NCBI GenBank assembly: GCA_044226015.1
Contig: JBGAHS010000004.1
Coordinates: 512,001 to 576,000 of the forward strand
From: Candidatus Obscuribacteraceae bacterium
Lineage (GTDB): Bacteria; Cyanobacteriota; Vampirovibrionia; Obscuribacterales; Obscuribacteraceae
DNA: 64,000 nucleotides
Reading direction: 5' to 3'
Positions 18,688 through 29,257 of this stretch are shown one piece after another (positions within the stretch are counted from its first letter, which is position 1; every line of letters starts with the position of its first letter). A program made the position numbers and the translations under genes. A model generated the notes under the pieces. The model was given only the letters and a program-made list of their open reading frames with translations. It had not been told where the DNA came from and did no database searches.

Positions 18688-20895
18688 CTACTTCGTTTCA
18701 AAAACTCGTTGCCTCATCCTTTTTATTTCTGGGTTAGAGCCAAAGAGTTTCCATGGCAGTCCGCTTCTGTGGTTTTCGATCATTACTACCATTGGTCCCT
18801 GATTCAATCCCATGTACAGGTCATTAACCCAGTGATCGTCAAGGCTGAAAGCATCTCGAAATCCGTATTCGCCCCAGAGAAAATCACCATGATTACGATA
18901 GTAATTTTTTATTGCAGCCGTTGCTTGTTCGGGCAGATATGGTATTGATGCCACTGCTCCTGTTGGTGTTATCTTTCCTTTGTCTCCTTCTGCTCGTGGT
19001 TCGTCGGGGTTGTAAGCCCAGGGACCATCTGAGGCAGTAAGCCCCCAGGCATCTTCTCCATAGCCTCTGTGGTGCTGCGGGTTCGCCTCACAGTAGCGCA
19101 AATTTATTTCTGCAATGGCTTTGCTGTTTTGGAAATAATCGGTGTATTTGTCACGCAAGCCGTGGGGATCCAGTCCCATGAAATTGTAATGGGTGAAAAA
19201 GATAGGTCCACCGCTGAATCCTCCCACATCAAGCTTTAAGCCATAATAGGAATCTCCGTTCGAATACATTTTTCCATCTGAATTACCACGATACTCTTGT
19301 GCAAGTTTTTCCTGACTGGCAAAACCTGAGTAATACATGTTTGAAGAAATTGGGTGTTTTGGTGATGCTATTGCTAACAAATATGTGATCATCGATTCGT
19401 TCCAGCCAATCAATCGATGATTTATCTTCCATTCTTTGTCTGGAGACCAGTGCCAGTAAAGATAGTGTGAGTCCGGCGTTTGTTTATACCAGTCCCACTC
19501 TACGGCTTCCCACAAATGGGTGATTCTATCTCTTATTGATTTTTCTTGCGCCGTGTCTCTGTCAAAAAACTGCCGTGCGCATAGTAGTCCTTGCATCAGG
19601 AAGGACGTTTCTACCAGGTCGCCGCCATTATCATCGGGGCCGAAGAAAAGGACAGGATGTCCATCTTGCCCATTCATATAGTGGGGAAATACGCCATGGA
19701 ACTTGTCCGCATGTTCTAAAAATCCGAGAATTTTTGACAGATGCGCGGCAACTTGTTCGCGAGGTATAAAGTTGCGATGGGCAGCTACAACAAGGCTGTA
19801 AATGCCAAAACCGGAGGCACCCGTTGCGATCATATGAGGGTCGCCTGGTACGGACTCCAGTGTCATACCACTTTCTGGCTCACTAGCATCGAAGTAATAT
19901 CTAGCGCAAGCTTCCTGCACCATATCTAGTATCTCGTCGTCGGACAGTACTCTGGTTTCAGCTGAAAGTACGTTGGAGTAAGGCGAATATTCGTCAGTGT
20001 AGGATAGGAATCGCACACGGTAGGAGTACTTTCCAAACTTGTCTCCGACATAGTCAGCGTATCGGTTTATCCAATACGGACGAAAACCAATGGCTTCAAA
20101 CTTGCCACCATTTTGAGCTCGTTCGATGACTGCGCCACAGATACCGTCATCTTTTACTGGCTTCCAGGCAATGTCTATATGTCGTTCGAATCCTTTACTG
20201 CTTATCAGTTCAACCTTGCTTGTTGATTTCATGTGCAAGCTGTCTTTTGATCGAATATCGATTTGATCCAAATACAATTGCTGCTCTTCTGGGGACTCTT
20301 CGCCTTGTGAAAATATCAAACCTTTGACTTGTTCAGCTGCCGAGATTCGACTGCCTTTAAACTCGCTCAAAGGCACTGTGACTTTGAGCCACTCGTTGGT
20401 ATCTTCCTGCTTTGAATATTGGGCTAAGGGTAAAGAGATGCTCTCGTTATTGTCTGCAAGTAGTAATGCTATTTTCGGCAGTGAATCTCTCTTCGTCTGA
20501 GTGGCCAGCTTCATGTGAAATTGGAGCAGTTCCGGAGCCTTGAAAGGGCTGGCTTTTGTCTGAATGAATACGCCGTTATCCCACTCTTCCTGTCCTCGAA
20601 TGGCTCGGTGCAAGATTTTTGCTGACCATGTTCCATTTGGTGACGACTTATACCTGAGTTCGATTGAGCTGCCCGGGGTGTACGCAGGCGTTTTCCTTGC
20701 AGGTAAATGTGCATTCAGGTTCATCACCCAGCTCTTACCTTTGCTTTCCGTTTGTGAATAGAAGTAAGCTCCATCCATCGGGGTGTTATCAAAAATCTGA
20801 TAGTCCAGAAGTCTTTCCGCTTTGGCAGAGGCGGTACTTGAGAAGAGAGCTAGAACGGTGAGAAAGGTTGCTGAAGAAAGGGCTTGTTTTTTCAT
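18688..20895 (-). CDS. Glycoamylase/GH144-family glycoside hydrolase (beta-1,2-glucanase-like) with N-terminal CBM-like and FN3-like modules
   Basis: ATGASGFG, DNGGDLVETSFLMQGL, LYWHWSP, GWNESMITY, WGLTASD, GEYGFRDAF, NQGP; signal peptide from MKKQ. Confidence 0.85.
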   Translation of the reverse strand: MKKQALSSATFLTVLALFSSTASAKAERLLDYQIFDNTPMDGAYFYSQTESKGKSWVMNLNAHLPARKTPAYTPGSSIELRYKSSPNGTWSAKILHRAIRGQEEWDNGVFIQTKASPFKAPELLQFHMKLATQTKRDSLPKIALLLADNNESISLPLAQYSKQEDTNEWLKVTVPLSEFKGSRISAAEQVKGLIFSQGEESPEEQQLYLDQIDIRSKDSLHMKSTSKVELISSKGFERHIDIAWKPVKDDGICGAVIERAQNGGKFEAIGFRPYWINRYADYVGDKFGKYSYRVRFLSYTDEYSPYSNVLSAETRVLSDDEILDMVQEACARYYFDASEPESGMTLESVPGDPHMIATGASGFGIYSLVVAAHRNFIPREQVAAHLSKILGFLEHADKFHGVFPHYMNGQDGHPVLFFGPDDNGGDLVETSFLMQGLLCARQFFDRDTAQEKSIRDRITHLWEAVEWDWYKQTPDSHYLYWHWSPDKEWKINHRLIGWNESMITYLLAIASPKHPISSNMYYSGFASQEKLAQEYRGNSDGKMYSNGDSYYGLKLDVGGFSGGPIFFTHYNFMGLDPHGLRDKYTDYFQNSKAIAEINLRYCEANPQHHRGYGEDAWGLTASDGPWAYNPDEPRAEGDKGKITPTGAVASIPYLPEQATAAIKNYYRNHGDFLWGEYGFRDAFSLDDHWVNDLYMGLNQGPMVVMIENHRSGLPWKLFGSNPEIKRMRQRVFETK

Positions 20896-21052
20896 TTTGA
20901 TAGAGTTCTTTCGGCTGGCAAGAGCTATTTGGGCTATGGAAGCGACTGAAACTGCAATTTTTAGCACATTTTTGCTATCTCTGTTGCGTTTTCGCTGGAG
21001 TCGAAATTCTTTTCAAGTTAGAATTGCATTGTTGTAATCGGCGTGTTTTCAC

Positions 21053-22261
21053 ATGGATGCTCAGTGGTATTTATTTTGTGCAGTGCTGGGCGCTACGTCG
21101 CTCGTGAGTTTATTCGGCAGAGCACTCATATTGAAGCGTATGAGAAAAGTGGAAGGTCTTGCTTCGCCAAAGGATGTGCATCCAGTTGAATTGGCTTATT
21201 TATTTCGCCCGGGTGATTCCTCTCATTGCCTCATTGTTTTGCTTGTTGATTCTGTGCACAAAGAGTTGAAGAATCAGCAGAGTGGCGATTTTCAATTGAG
21301 TAAGATCTTGTATGAGGCCGAAGTCTGGCCGAAGGTTAAAACCTACATAAAGGATTGGTCAGTTCAAAAAGCGCAGCAAATCGTACCGGAGATATCTAGC
21401 AAAAATCCGCTGAAGATTGCTGGTGCAGTTTGGCGCATGCGTGAGTGGTTTTGGAATGTTGTTAAAGGCTTCTTCTCTGAACTAATTCAAGACCCACTTC
21501 ATTTGCGAAAGTACTTTTCTCCTGTGGGGCTAGTTAGGCTCTTTGTATCGGTTGCAGGAACCGGTGTCAAAGAAACGCTCTGCTCGAATGTCAGGCGAAC
21601 GTTGCTGACTAAAAAGCTGCTTGTGGAGGAAGAAAACAGGAACTCGGCGTCTCGTTTTCTAACCGGGTTTGCTTGCATTCATCTCATCACGATAGCACTT
21701 GCAATTTCAATCTCCGGCATCTCGCGCTCTGATGCCACGTTTCTTTTTGTTCTTTTTGGTTTGTTGAATGGGTTGATATTGCGCATTCTGATTTGGCTTC
21801 CAACTTTGCTTCCACATTTTGATGAAATCAACAAAGTGCTCGCATCTGTTTCCAAAAAAGGACTCCGCATCAGTGTGATGCGTTCATTGTTTGGTACCGC
21901 TAATGGTGCATTCTGGTTTCTCACTGCTGTTTTTGGAATAGGTATTGGACTGTCTCAAGCTGCAATACTCGGCTATTTCTTCGGCATGCATAGCAGTATG
22001 TGGGTATTGAATTTGGTTGGCATAGCATTATTGACATTGAATTTTCTGGTAATTTTTGAGATATGCTTCAGAAGCATGATGGTCGCTACGACGGAACAGT
22101 TGACAGAGGCTGGTTCCGAGGCGCTTGAATTGCATCATGAAGAATTGAAGGATGCCAGGCTTGTGCAGACTATTTCAGCAGCCATGTCTAATCCCTCATA
22201 TAGTGAGGAACTTTCAGACATTGTAGCCATTTATGGCATTGAGACTCTGTTTCTGGTTTGA
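21053..22261 (+). CDS. Multi-pass membrane protein with HPVELAYL motif (TIGR04222-like N-terminus)
   Basis: N-terminal TM segment, PxELAYL motif, about four C-terminal hydrophobic helices. Confidence 0.65.
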   Translation: MDAQWYLFCAVLGATSLVSLFGRALILKRMRKVEGLASPKDVHPVELAYLFRPGDSSHCLIVLLVDSVHKELKNQQSGDFQLSKILYEAEVWPKVKTYIKDWSVQKAQQIVPEISSKNPLKIAGAVWRMREWFWNVVKGFFSELIQDPLHLRKYFSPVGLVRLFVSVAGTGVKETLCSNVRRTLLTKKLLVEEENRNSASRFLTGFACIHLITIALAISISGISRSDATFLFVLFGLLNGLILRILIWLPTLLPHFDEINKVLASVSKKGLRISVMRSLFGTANGAFWFLTAVFGIGIGLSQAAILGYFFGMHSSMWVLNLVGIALLTLNFLVIFEICFRSMMVATTEQLTEAGSEALELHHEELKDARLVQTISAAMSNPSYSEELSDIVAIYGIETLFLV

Positions 22262-22400
22262 GTTCACTCGAAAGTGGCATTGTATCTTGGCAGCTGCTAG
22301 CCATTTAGCCGTAACCCATGTATAAGTTGCTTCATCCTGACCCTTTCGGCCGCCTTGCTGAGATATGATCTAGCTCGTTTGTCAGCAGAAGCTCTCTAAG

Positions 22401-23573
22401 TTGAAACGTCTCTCAGTATTAGGTTCAACCGGTTCTATTGGTCGCCAGACCATGGACATTGCGCGCGCGCACAAAGATGATTTTGTTGTTGAGGCAATCA
22501 GCGCAGGTGCAAAAACCCTGGACATTCTTGCGCAGCAAGTCAAGGAATTCTGCCCCAAACTGGTTGCAGTACCTGACGCTACAGCGGCAGAGAACTTGCG
22601 TGAGCTACTGGAAGCGCAAGCTCTCAAGACAGAAATAATCTACGGCGATGAAGCCAATTGCGAGATTGCCGCTTTCAGTACAGCGACTACTGTCGTTTCT
22701 GGTGTTGTAGGGGCAAAGGGGATCAAGCCCACAGCTGCCGCAGCCCGAGCTGGGAAAGTTATTGCTCTGGCAAATAAGGAAACGTTAGTTGCAGCTGGGT
22801 CGGTGATAATGCCGATGGTTGAGAAGCATTCTGCATCCATAGTTCCAGTAGACAGCGAGCATTCCGCTATTCACCAGAGCCTTTCAGGCTTTTGCGTTAG
22901 AGACATTAAGAAGATATTGCTCACTGCTAGTGGCGGTCCTTTTCGCACCTGGACGAAAGAGCAAATCAACAATGCCACCATGGACGATGCCTTGAAGCAT
23001 CCGAACTGGGCCATGGGGCAGAAAATAACCATAGACTCAGCCACCTTGATGAACAAAGGGCTTGAGATCATTGAGGCCAGATGGCTTTTCGATGTTGCGG
23101 CAAGTGCTATAGAAGTGGTGATTCATCCCCAATCGATACTGCATTCTGCAGTTGAGTTTGTGGATGGATCTGTTGTCGGACAGCTCGGAATGCCGGACAT
23201 GCATTTGCCTATTCATTACGCTCTTTACTATCCTGAGCGTAAGCCCTCGACGCAGGTTCCACTGCTTGACCTCGTCAAGGTTGCGACTATGAATTTCGAA
23301 GCACCGGATTATGAACGCTTTCCATGTCTTCGGCTTGCAAAGGAAGTGGCTTCTCGAGATGACACGGCTGCGGCAGTCTTAAATGCTGCAAATGAAGAGG
23401 TCGTTTACGCATTTTTGAACAGAATCATTAGCTTTTCAGACATTCCCAGATATGTAGAAAAGATTCTAGACCTTCACCAAAGCTTCGCTCATCCCACTCT
23501 TGAGGATATACTTGAAGCTGACAAATGGGCTAGGCAGGCATCACAAGAACTTCTCGGAGCTACAGTGCGATGA
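22401..23573 (+). CDS. dxr: 1-deoxy-D-xylulose-5-phosphate reductoisomerase
   Basis: LGSTGSIG, LANKE, PVDSEHSA, LTASGGPF, HPNWAMGQKITIDSATLMNKGLE. Confidence 0.98.
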   Translation: MKRLSVLGSTGSIGRQTMDIARAHKDDFVVEAISAGAKTLDILAQQVKEFCPKLVAVPDATAAENLRELLEAQALKTEIIYGDEANCEIAAFSTATTVVSGVVGAKGIKPTAAAARAGKVIALANKETLVAAGSVIMPMVEKHSASIVPVDSEHSAIHQSLSGFCVRDIKKILLTASGGPFRTWTKEQINNATMDDALKHPNWAMGQKITIDSATLMNKGLEIIEARWLFDVAASAIEVVIHPQSILHSAVEFVDGSVVGQLGMPDMHLPIHYALYYPERKPSTQVPLLDLVKVATMNFEAPDYERFPCLRLAKEVASRDDTAAAVLNAANEEVVYAFLNRIISFSDIPRYVEKILDLHQSFAHPTLEDILEADKWARQASQELLGATVR

Positions 23574-24214
23574 CAACTTCAACGGCATCTAATGTTCAGG
23601 TTTGCAAACATCCTCTTGTTCAGCAACATCTAACAAAATTGCGTGACTACCAGACGCCATCTATCGAATTTAGAAGAACGGCTATACAGCTGGGTCAAGC
23701 TCTCGCATATGAAGCTATGCGCGACTTGAATTTCCGTGAGGCGAGTGTTGAAACACCAGTGGGACCAGCAACTGGTGTCGCTCTGAGTGATTACGTCATC
23801 ATCGCTCCTGTATTGCGTGCCGGTCTTGTGCTTGCTGAGGCGGCTCAGAAGCTCATTCCAGCTAACTCACGCGTATATCATGTTGGACTGAAGAGAGACG
23901 AAGCGACTCTTGAGGCCATCTCCTATTATGCCAAGTTGCCAGATAAGTTGCCGACGGATAGTAAGGTTTACATACTCGACCCCATGCTTGCTACTGGCGG
24001 CTCTGCAAATGCTGCTATTCAGCTTTTCCATAATCTTGGTGTCACACAGATTCACATGGTCTGTTTCCTTGCTGCTCCAGAGGGCATCAAGCGAGTACAT
24101 GACAAATTCCCTCATGTCAAAATAACAACAGCGTCTATTGATAGTCATCTCAACGAGCATGGCTTCATCGTTCCAGGTTTGGGCGATGCTGGTGACCGAA
24201 TTTTCGGAACATAA
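23570..24214 (+). CDS. upp: Uracil phosphoribosyltransferase
   Basis: HPLV, LRAG, DPMLATGGS, IVPGLGDAGDRIFGT; ATGA overlap with dxr. Confidence 0.97.
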   Translation: MTTSTASNVQVCKHPLVQQHLTKLRDYQTPSIEFRRTAIQLGQALAYEAMRDLNFREASVETPVGPATGVALSDYVIIAPVLRAGLVLAEAAQKLIPANSRVYHVGLKRDEATLEAISYYAKLPDKLPTDSKVYILDPMLATGGSANAAIQLFHNLGVTQIHMVCFLAAPEGIKRVHDKFPHVKITTASIDSHLNEHGFIVPGLGDAGDRIFGT

Positions 24215-24304
24215 TTTTCGCTAGTTCTGCCATATTCTGCAGAAGAAGATGCTTAAGCTGGCACCGTATTTGGTGCTCAAGCTTGGAGTCTTAGGCTATC
24301 CGGC

Positions 24305-25435
24305 TTATGGACGCGGAGGAAGTGCCGGTGGCAGCTCCATTGGAAGGCGTCCAAGCTTGACGGCTTGTAGCAGCAAGCTCAGTTGAACTTCACGGCGAGC
24401 AGCCTGATACGATGCGCCGGACCAGTAATAATCTGGGTTGTAGGCGTATGGGTTCAATCCAAATGGACTCAACGGCATCTCATATGTTGGCGGTTTAACT
24501 ATGTCGCCATATTGCCTCGTAATCGCCAGAGCAATTTGGTTCTCTCTGATCGCCTCTTCGAGTTTTTGTCTCGTCTGTGGATTATCAAAATATGCTGTCT
24601 TTCCGTTTGCTAGAGCCTCGATTACTGGCTGAACGGATTGAGCAGCTAGCACGTCTGCAAGGTATATATGGAAGTAGGGGTTAGATGGTGCGTTCTTGGC
24701 TCCTTCCCGGAGTAAATTCTCCTGGTATTGCAGAGCTGACCCGGCTATTTTCGACATATTTGCGGCGTAGGTGTAAACATCCGTCGTACCGCGGAAGCTG
24801 CCGAAGCCATCTTGATTCTGAGAACGCATGTAAGTCTGGCTTGCAGAAATGCGCATCTCATCAGCATTGATCATTATTGGTTTATAGATATTGCCTTGAT
24901 ATTGGGCAATTTCGATTTCTTTTAAGTTGGAAGGGAAAAAATGGCGGTTTCTGTCGGAAGCATCTGGGTTTTTCTGGTTCTTTAACCAGAAAAAGTAGCC
25001 ATTACCTGCAGAGTCAATCCAGGGAGAGGGGCTCAATTCTTTTGGAAGCCCTTTTATAACCAGTTTGCTGTAGTTGTCTTGAGCTATTTTTGCGTCAAAA
25101 TCTTTTTCGCCGTAGGTCACTTCAAGAACACCGCGATTAACTGGCGCTGGGCGTTCGGGAGGACGGTCTGTTGGCGGTAGAACTACTGGTCCATCCCAGG
25201 GTGAGCGTCCCGGGCTTCGCCCATCTCGTCTGTCGCTAGTAGTAGGTAAACTTGGGCTTTCCCACGGTGCACGGCCCTGCGTGCGCGAGCTGCCTGACTG
25301 TCCCAGCACGTCTACCGAGCTCAATCCGCCCGTAGTTTGCTGACTGTCATTTCTGCCTAAAAGTCTGTCCGCCGTGCGTTTCGCCATTTCGGCTACTGCG
25401 GGGTCAACCTGTCCAAAATCTCTTGTGTCGCTCAT
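24305..25435 (-). CDS. Hypothetical protein: disordered Pro/Arg/Ser-rich N-terminus, TPR-like helical C-terminus
   Basis: 376-aa ORF, SD aaggtgag; PSNPYFHIYLADVLA resembles a TPR helix turn. Confidence 0.7.
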   Translation of the reverse strand: MSDTRDFGQVDPAVAEMAKRTADRLLGRNDSQQTTGGLSSVDVLGQSGSSRTQGRAPWESPSLPTTSDRRDGRSPGRSPWDGPVVLPPTDRPPERPAPVNRGVLEVTYGEKDFDAKIAQDNYSKLVIKGLPKELSPSPWIDSAGNGYFFWLKNQKNPDASDRNRHFFPSNLKEIEIAQYQGNIYKPIMINADEMRISASQTYMRSQNQDGFGSFRGTTDVYTYAANMSKIAGSALQYQENLLREGAKNAPSNPYFHIYLADVLAAQSVQPVIEALANGKTAYFDNPQTRQKLEEAIRENQIALAITRQYGDIVKPPTYEMPLSPFGLNPYAYNPDYYWSGASYQAARREVQLSLLLQAVKLGRLPMELPPALPPRP

Positions 25436-25627
25436 ACCGATCTCACCTTCCTGTATTAAATATCGCGGGGAGGGGCGTATGAGTCAATGTTGAATCTACG
25501 TACCAAACACACAAGCCTGTTGCAGCAAGTATCCGGAGATTTAATGAAGTGATCGGTAGGAGGAGGCTCAGAATGGGCAAATTTGTTAGGATGGGCTTTA
25601 TTACCACCTTTAACTGAGGTCTTCAAA

Positions 25628-27115
25628 ATGCAAGCAACAGCGCCAACTCAGGATGCGGAAAGATTGGAAAAGATGTGTTGCTCGGCAGGCGCGATGCGCC
25701 ACAAAAGCATTGTGGTCGCTTGTATGGGGCTGGTTGTTCTTTTAACCGCCGCAAGCACTGTTGATCTGACCTCTTTGATTACAGTGGAATGTTCCTTAGA
25801 CAAAAAGACGTTCCAGTTTTTACCAACACCGAAGCCGCCAGAGCTCAAACCCAATCAGCAGAGAGTGAATGACGACTACTCAAACGTGTATATGGGTTCA
25901 GAGGGGCTTTTCCCATTTAAGGAGGGCTTCTGGGGCAACGAATCAAAATACGGTTGGGTTGACCAGCAAGGAAATGTAGTTATCAAAGCTCGCAAATTGG
26001 TCTCGATTAGAGACTTTCATAGGGGACTTGCTCGTGTGAAAGTTGCTACACCGGAAGGAGAACGCTGGGGCTTCATTGGTAAACGAGGTGAGTTTGTTAT
26101 TCCAGCTCGCTTCATGGATGTTACCGATTTCAATGCAGACGGGCTGGCAATAGAGACGATGTCCTCCTCCGATGGATCGACCGGGCATAGCTTTATTGAT
26201 ACAAGCGGCAAGAGCATAGTAAATCTGCCTCACACTAAAAAGGTCGAGTTCCTCTCCAAGGGTGTTTACACCGTGGAAGATGAGCAGACAGCTAAGGTGG
26301 GGCTTGTTGACGCAAATGGCAAAGATTTGCTTCCACGAATTTACACAAAGATATCGTCTCATTCAACAGAGCATTCTCCACGCTACTACAAGTACAGCCC
26401 CTGCTTTGAAGGAGGACAGCCGTGGCGAAATGATTCTGGCAATTGGTTTCTCATCGAAGATGGAAACAAAAAAGGAGCAGTCGACGCCCAGGGTAATGTC
26501 CTTGTGAAGCCATTGTATGAGGAGGTCCACTCTATCAACGATGGTGTTGCTCTTGTTAAAAAAGACCAGGACAACATTTTCATCAATGCTGCTGGTGAAA
26601 CGGTGGTTCCTGGTAAATTCAATCAAGCTACTGCGTATGCAGATCTAATTGCCGTATCAGATTCGGAAGGAAATCATATTATCGACAAAACGGGAAAGCG
26701 GTTGAAGACCTCATATAAATTCGTCGAACCTGATGAGTACACGGAATGGTTTAAGGAAGGATTAGCTCCAGTTGCTGATAGCAAAGGGCGTTACGCTTAC
26801 ATCAACAAGCTTGGAAAAACCGTCATCGAGCCGAAATTTGAAGCTGCCTTTCCGTTTTATGATGGTCGGGCATTGGTTTACGATGGTAAGTTCTGGATGT
26901 TCATTGATAAGAAAGGAAACGACGTCAGCAAATTGAAAATTGTGAGAGTAGATTTTAAGAACACTCAAAATAATTTGGACAGTGAGTCATATTCGGTGAT
27001 TGCTGCAGGACCTTTGTACGAGATCTTCAAAGCAGCTAAAACCCGGGAGGAAATGCACAGTACGATTGATGGTTGGAAACGAAGTGCTGGCTATAGTGAA
27101 GACGTTTTGAAATAG
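25628..27115 (+). CDS. WG-repeat (KWG-type) protein with N-terminal membrane anchor
   Basis: Repeated YG/WG-F/YID/NKxG-xxVI-xPxF and F-xxG-LA/RA motifs; ATG 25628 after gaggt. Confidence 0.88.
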   Translation: MQATAPTQDAERLEKMCCSAGAMRHKSIVVACMGLVVLLTAASTVDLTSLITVECSLDKKTFQFLPTPKPPELKPNQQRVNDDYSNVYMGSEGLFPFKEGFWGNESKYGWVDQQGNVVIKARKLVSIRDFHRGLARVKVATPEGERWGFIGKRGEFVIPARFMDVTDFNADGLAIETMSSSDGSTGHSFIDTSGKSIVNLPHTKKVEFLSKGVYTVEDEQTAKVGLVDANGKDLLPRIYTKISSHSTEHSPRYYKYSPCFEGGQPWRNDSGNWFLIEDGNKKGAVDAQGNVLVKPLYEEVHSINDGVALVKKDQDNIFINAAGETVVPGKFNQATAYADLIAVSDSEGNHIIDKTGKRLKTSYKFVEPDEYTEWFKEGLAPVADSKGRYAYINKLGKTVIEPKFEAAFPFYDGRALVYDGKFWMFIDKKGNDVSKLKIVRVDFKNTQNNLDSESYSVIAAGPLYEIFKAAKTREEMHSTIDGWKRSAGYSEDVLK

Positions 27116-27130
27116 GAAGGCCGGTTCTGT

Positions 27131-29257
27131 TTGGCAACCCTTGAGAAAAGAAAGAAATACCTGGGCTATGGTGACTTTATGTCGCACGTCTGGCTCTGGC
27201 AGAAAGCTTTTCTGATGGTACCAATTTGGGCTATTCCGATTGTGCCAGTGTTCGGTTTTGTCTGTCGCACCCTTGGAGGCTCAGTCAATCAGGCTGGTTT
27301 TGGTGCGGTGGTAGGGCTCTCTGTCTTGTATTTTTTGCAAGACTTGCTCAAGAGAGTAATTAGTTTAGATGATGACAGGATCTATTTTGGATTTAGATCG
27401 TACTTAATAAGAGATGCAAAATCAGTCGACATAACTTACAAGAAAGGGAAGTTTCTTCCATTCAACCTGGTGGTCACATTTGATGAGGGCAAGCAGCTCA
27501 AGCTCAAGTGTTCAGCTTTGTCCGAGCAAAGCGTTGAGACACTTCTGAAACATTTGCAAAGCCGAAACTCTCAGTTAAAGACAGCCGCCGTTCTCAACAC
27601 ACTGGTGAAATGCCGCAGCGTAAACAAGAAGTCACTCGAGGTCGGTGAGCGGCTGGACATCGCATACAACTCCCGTGAATTTATCACGGAGAACATTGAT
27701 GCATTCAAAGCAACCGCGGCTCAGTGGGCAAGAGTAGGTCCTGTCTTGGCAATGGTTTGCGCTCCAATCTGGCTCGGATATCTACCTCACTTTTTTAGCA
27801 GTCTTCAGGCTAACTCCTATCAGCAGGCGCGTGAGTTAAAACTTTCGGAATTCTTTGGTGAGATTTTCACTAACTTTTCCTGGGCTGTTGGGAAGGGTTT
27901 CTCTGCCATATATGACAGCAGCCATGCATGGATCGGCAATCCGTTATTGATCATTTTCTTTTCGCTTGCAATACTCGTGACCTTGCTTTCCCTGCTGAGA
28001 GTGCTATTGCAACCCAATGCGCTTGTTGCAAACAAGAATGGATTGTCCCTGAACCTGCGAGTTATGGATTTTGCTGTGCCACTATCTGTGGTGAAGTGGG
28101 CTGAAATTAGTAGCATGTCTTTGAAGAAGATTGCTGGCAAATCTGGTGAATTGATTGTGGAGCAAAAGAATAAGCGGAAATTCAAGCTCGACCTGTCCGC
28201 CATCTCGCCTGATGATCGAGGTCTGTTGCTCAAGAAAGTTGAACTGATGATTCCTGAGTGTCCTGTTAGTTCTGAACTCTCGCAGGCGATGTTGCCCCGT
28301 GCCGATCGCAGCTACACAGAAATCTGGTTGCAATCTTTGACACAATCTCCTGAGCGTAAGACCCTAGATCCTCTTCAACCTGGGCAGTTAATCGGAGTCG
28401 ATTCTCAGTTCGAGGTTCTGCATAGCATTGGAGTTGGTGGTCAAGGGAAGGCATATCTTTGCCGTCCGCTTACTGCTTCTGGCGAAGGCAGTGTTGTTCT
28501 CAAAGAGACAATAATTCCTATTTTTGCCGATAGCTCGGTGCGCCGCAAGTCGCTTGAGAGTTTCGAACAAGAAGCTAGGCTCTTAAAATCAATTGAGCAC
28601 CGAGGCATAGTGAAGTTGCTTGATTATTTTGTGGAAGATCACAGAGCCTATCTTGTATTAGAGCACATTGATGGATTCAACTTGAGGCAGTTGGTTGAGC
28701 GAGAAGGCGCCTTAACGGAGGAGAAGGTGCTTGAGCTTGCATTTCAAATGTTAGAAATATTGGAATTCTTGCATGAAAGGGGCGTGGTGCATCGAGACTT
28801 TACGCCGGACAATCTGATATTGAATTCTCGAGGGCAGTTGAAGTTGATCGACTTTAATGTGGCTCAACAAATTCAAGGTGGCAGCAGTGGTACTATCGTT
28901 GGCAAGCACGCGTATCTGCCTCCGGAGCAATTTAGAGGCAAGGCGACTACTCAGAGTGATATTTACGCGTTAGGAGCAACTCTGTTTTACTTGCTTACTG
29001 GCACAGATCCTGAGCCAATTTCGCAGTCGAGTCCCGCTAAACTTACAGCTTCTGTTTCTAGTGGGCTTGATGCAATCGTAAAGCGTTCAACATCACTGCA
29101 AACCACCCTCCGCTATCAATCTGCCAAGGAGTTAGCAAAAGATTTGTTTGTGCTAAGTGACGGAGCTGCCGTGGCTCTCAGTCCCTCAGATCGAGATTCT
29201 GAATCATTGGACTTATCAAAAAAGGAAGAATTGCAAGAGGTTGTGGTAGATGGCTGA
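27131..29257 (+). CDS. Membrane-anchored Hanks-type Ser/Thr protein kinase
   Basis: IGVGGQGKAY, VVLKE, HRDFTPDN, DFN, PPEQ, SDIYALG; two TM pairs in N-terminal half; TTG start uncertain. Confidence 0.92.
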   Translation: MATLEKRKKYLGYGDFMSHVWLWQKAFLMVPIWAIPIVPVFGFVCRTLGGSVNQAGFGAVVGLSVLYFLQDLLKRVISLDDDRIYFGFRSYLIRDAKSVDITYKKGKFLPFNLVVTFDEGKQLKLKCSALSEQSVETLLKHLQSRNSQLKTAAVLNTLVKCRSVNKKSLEVGERLDIAYNSREFITENIDAFKATAAQWARVGPVLAMVCAPIWLGYLPHFFSSLQANSYQQARELKLSEFFGEIFTNFSWAVGKGFSAIYDSSHAWIGNPLLIIFFSLAILVTLLSLLRVLLQPNALVANKNGLSLNLRVMDFAVPLSVVKWAEISSMSLKKIAGKSGELIVEQKNKRKFKLDLSAISPDDRGLLLKKVELMIPECPVSSELSQAMLPRADRSYTEIWLQSLTQSPERKTLDPLQPGQLIGVDSQFEVLHSIGVGGQGKAYLCRPLTASGEGSVVLKETIIPIFADSSVRRKSLESFEQEARLLKSIEHRGIVKLLDYFVEDHRAYLVLEHIDGFNLRQLVEREGALTEEKVLELAFQMLEILEFLHERGVVHRDFTPDNLILNSRGQLKLIDFNVAQQIQGGSSGTIVGKHAYLPPEQFRGKATTQSDIYALGATLFYLLTGTDPEPISQSSPAKLTASVSSGLDAIVKRSTSLQTTLRYQSAKELAKDLFVLSDGAAVALSPSDRDSESLDLSKKEELQEVVVDG

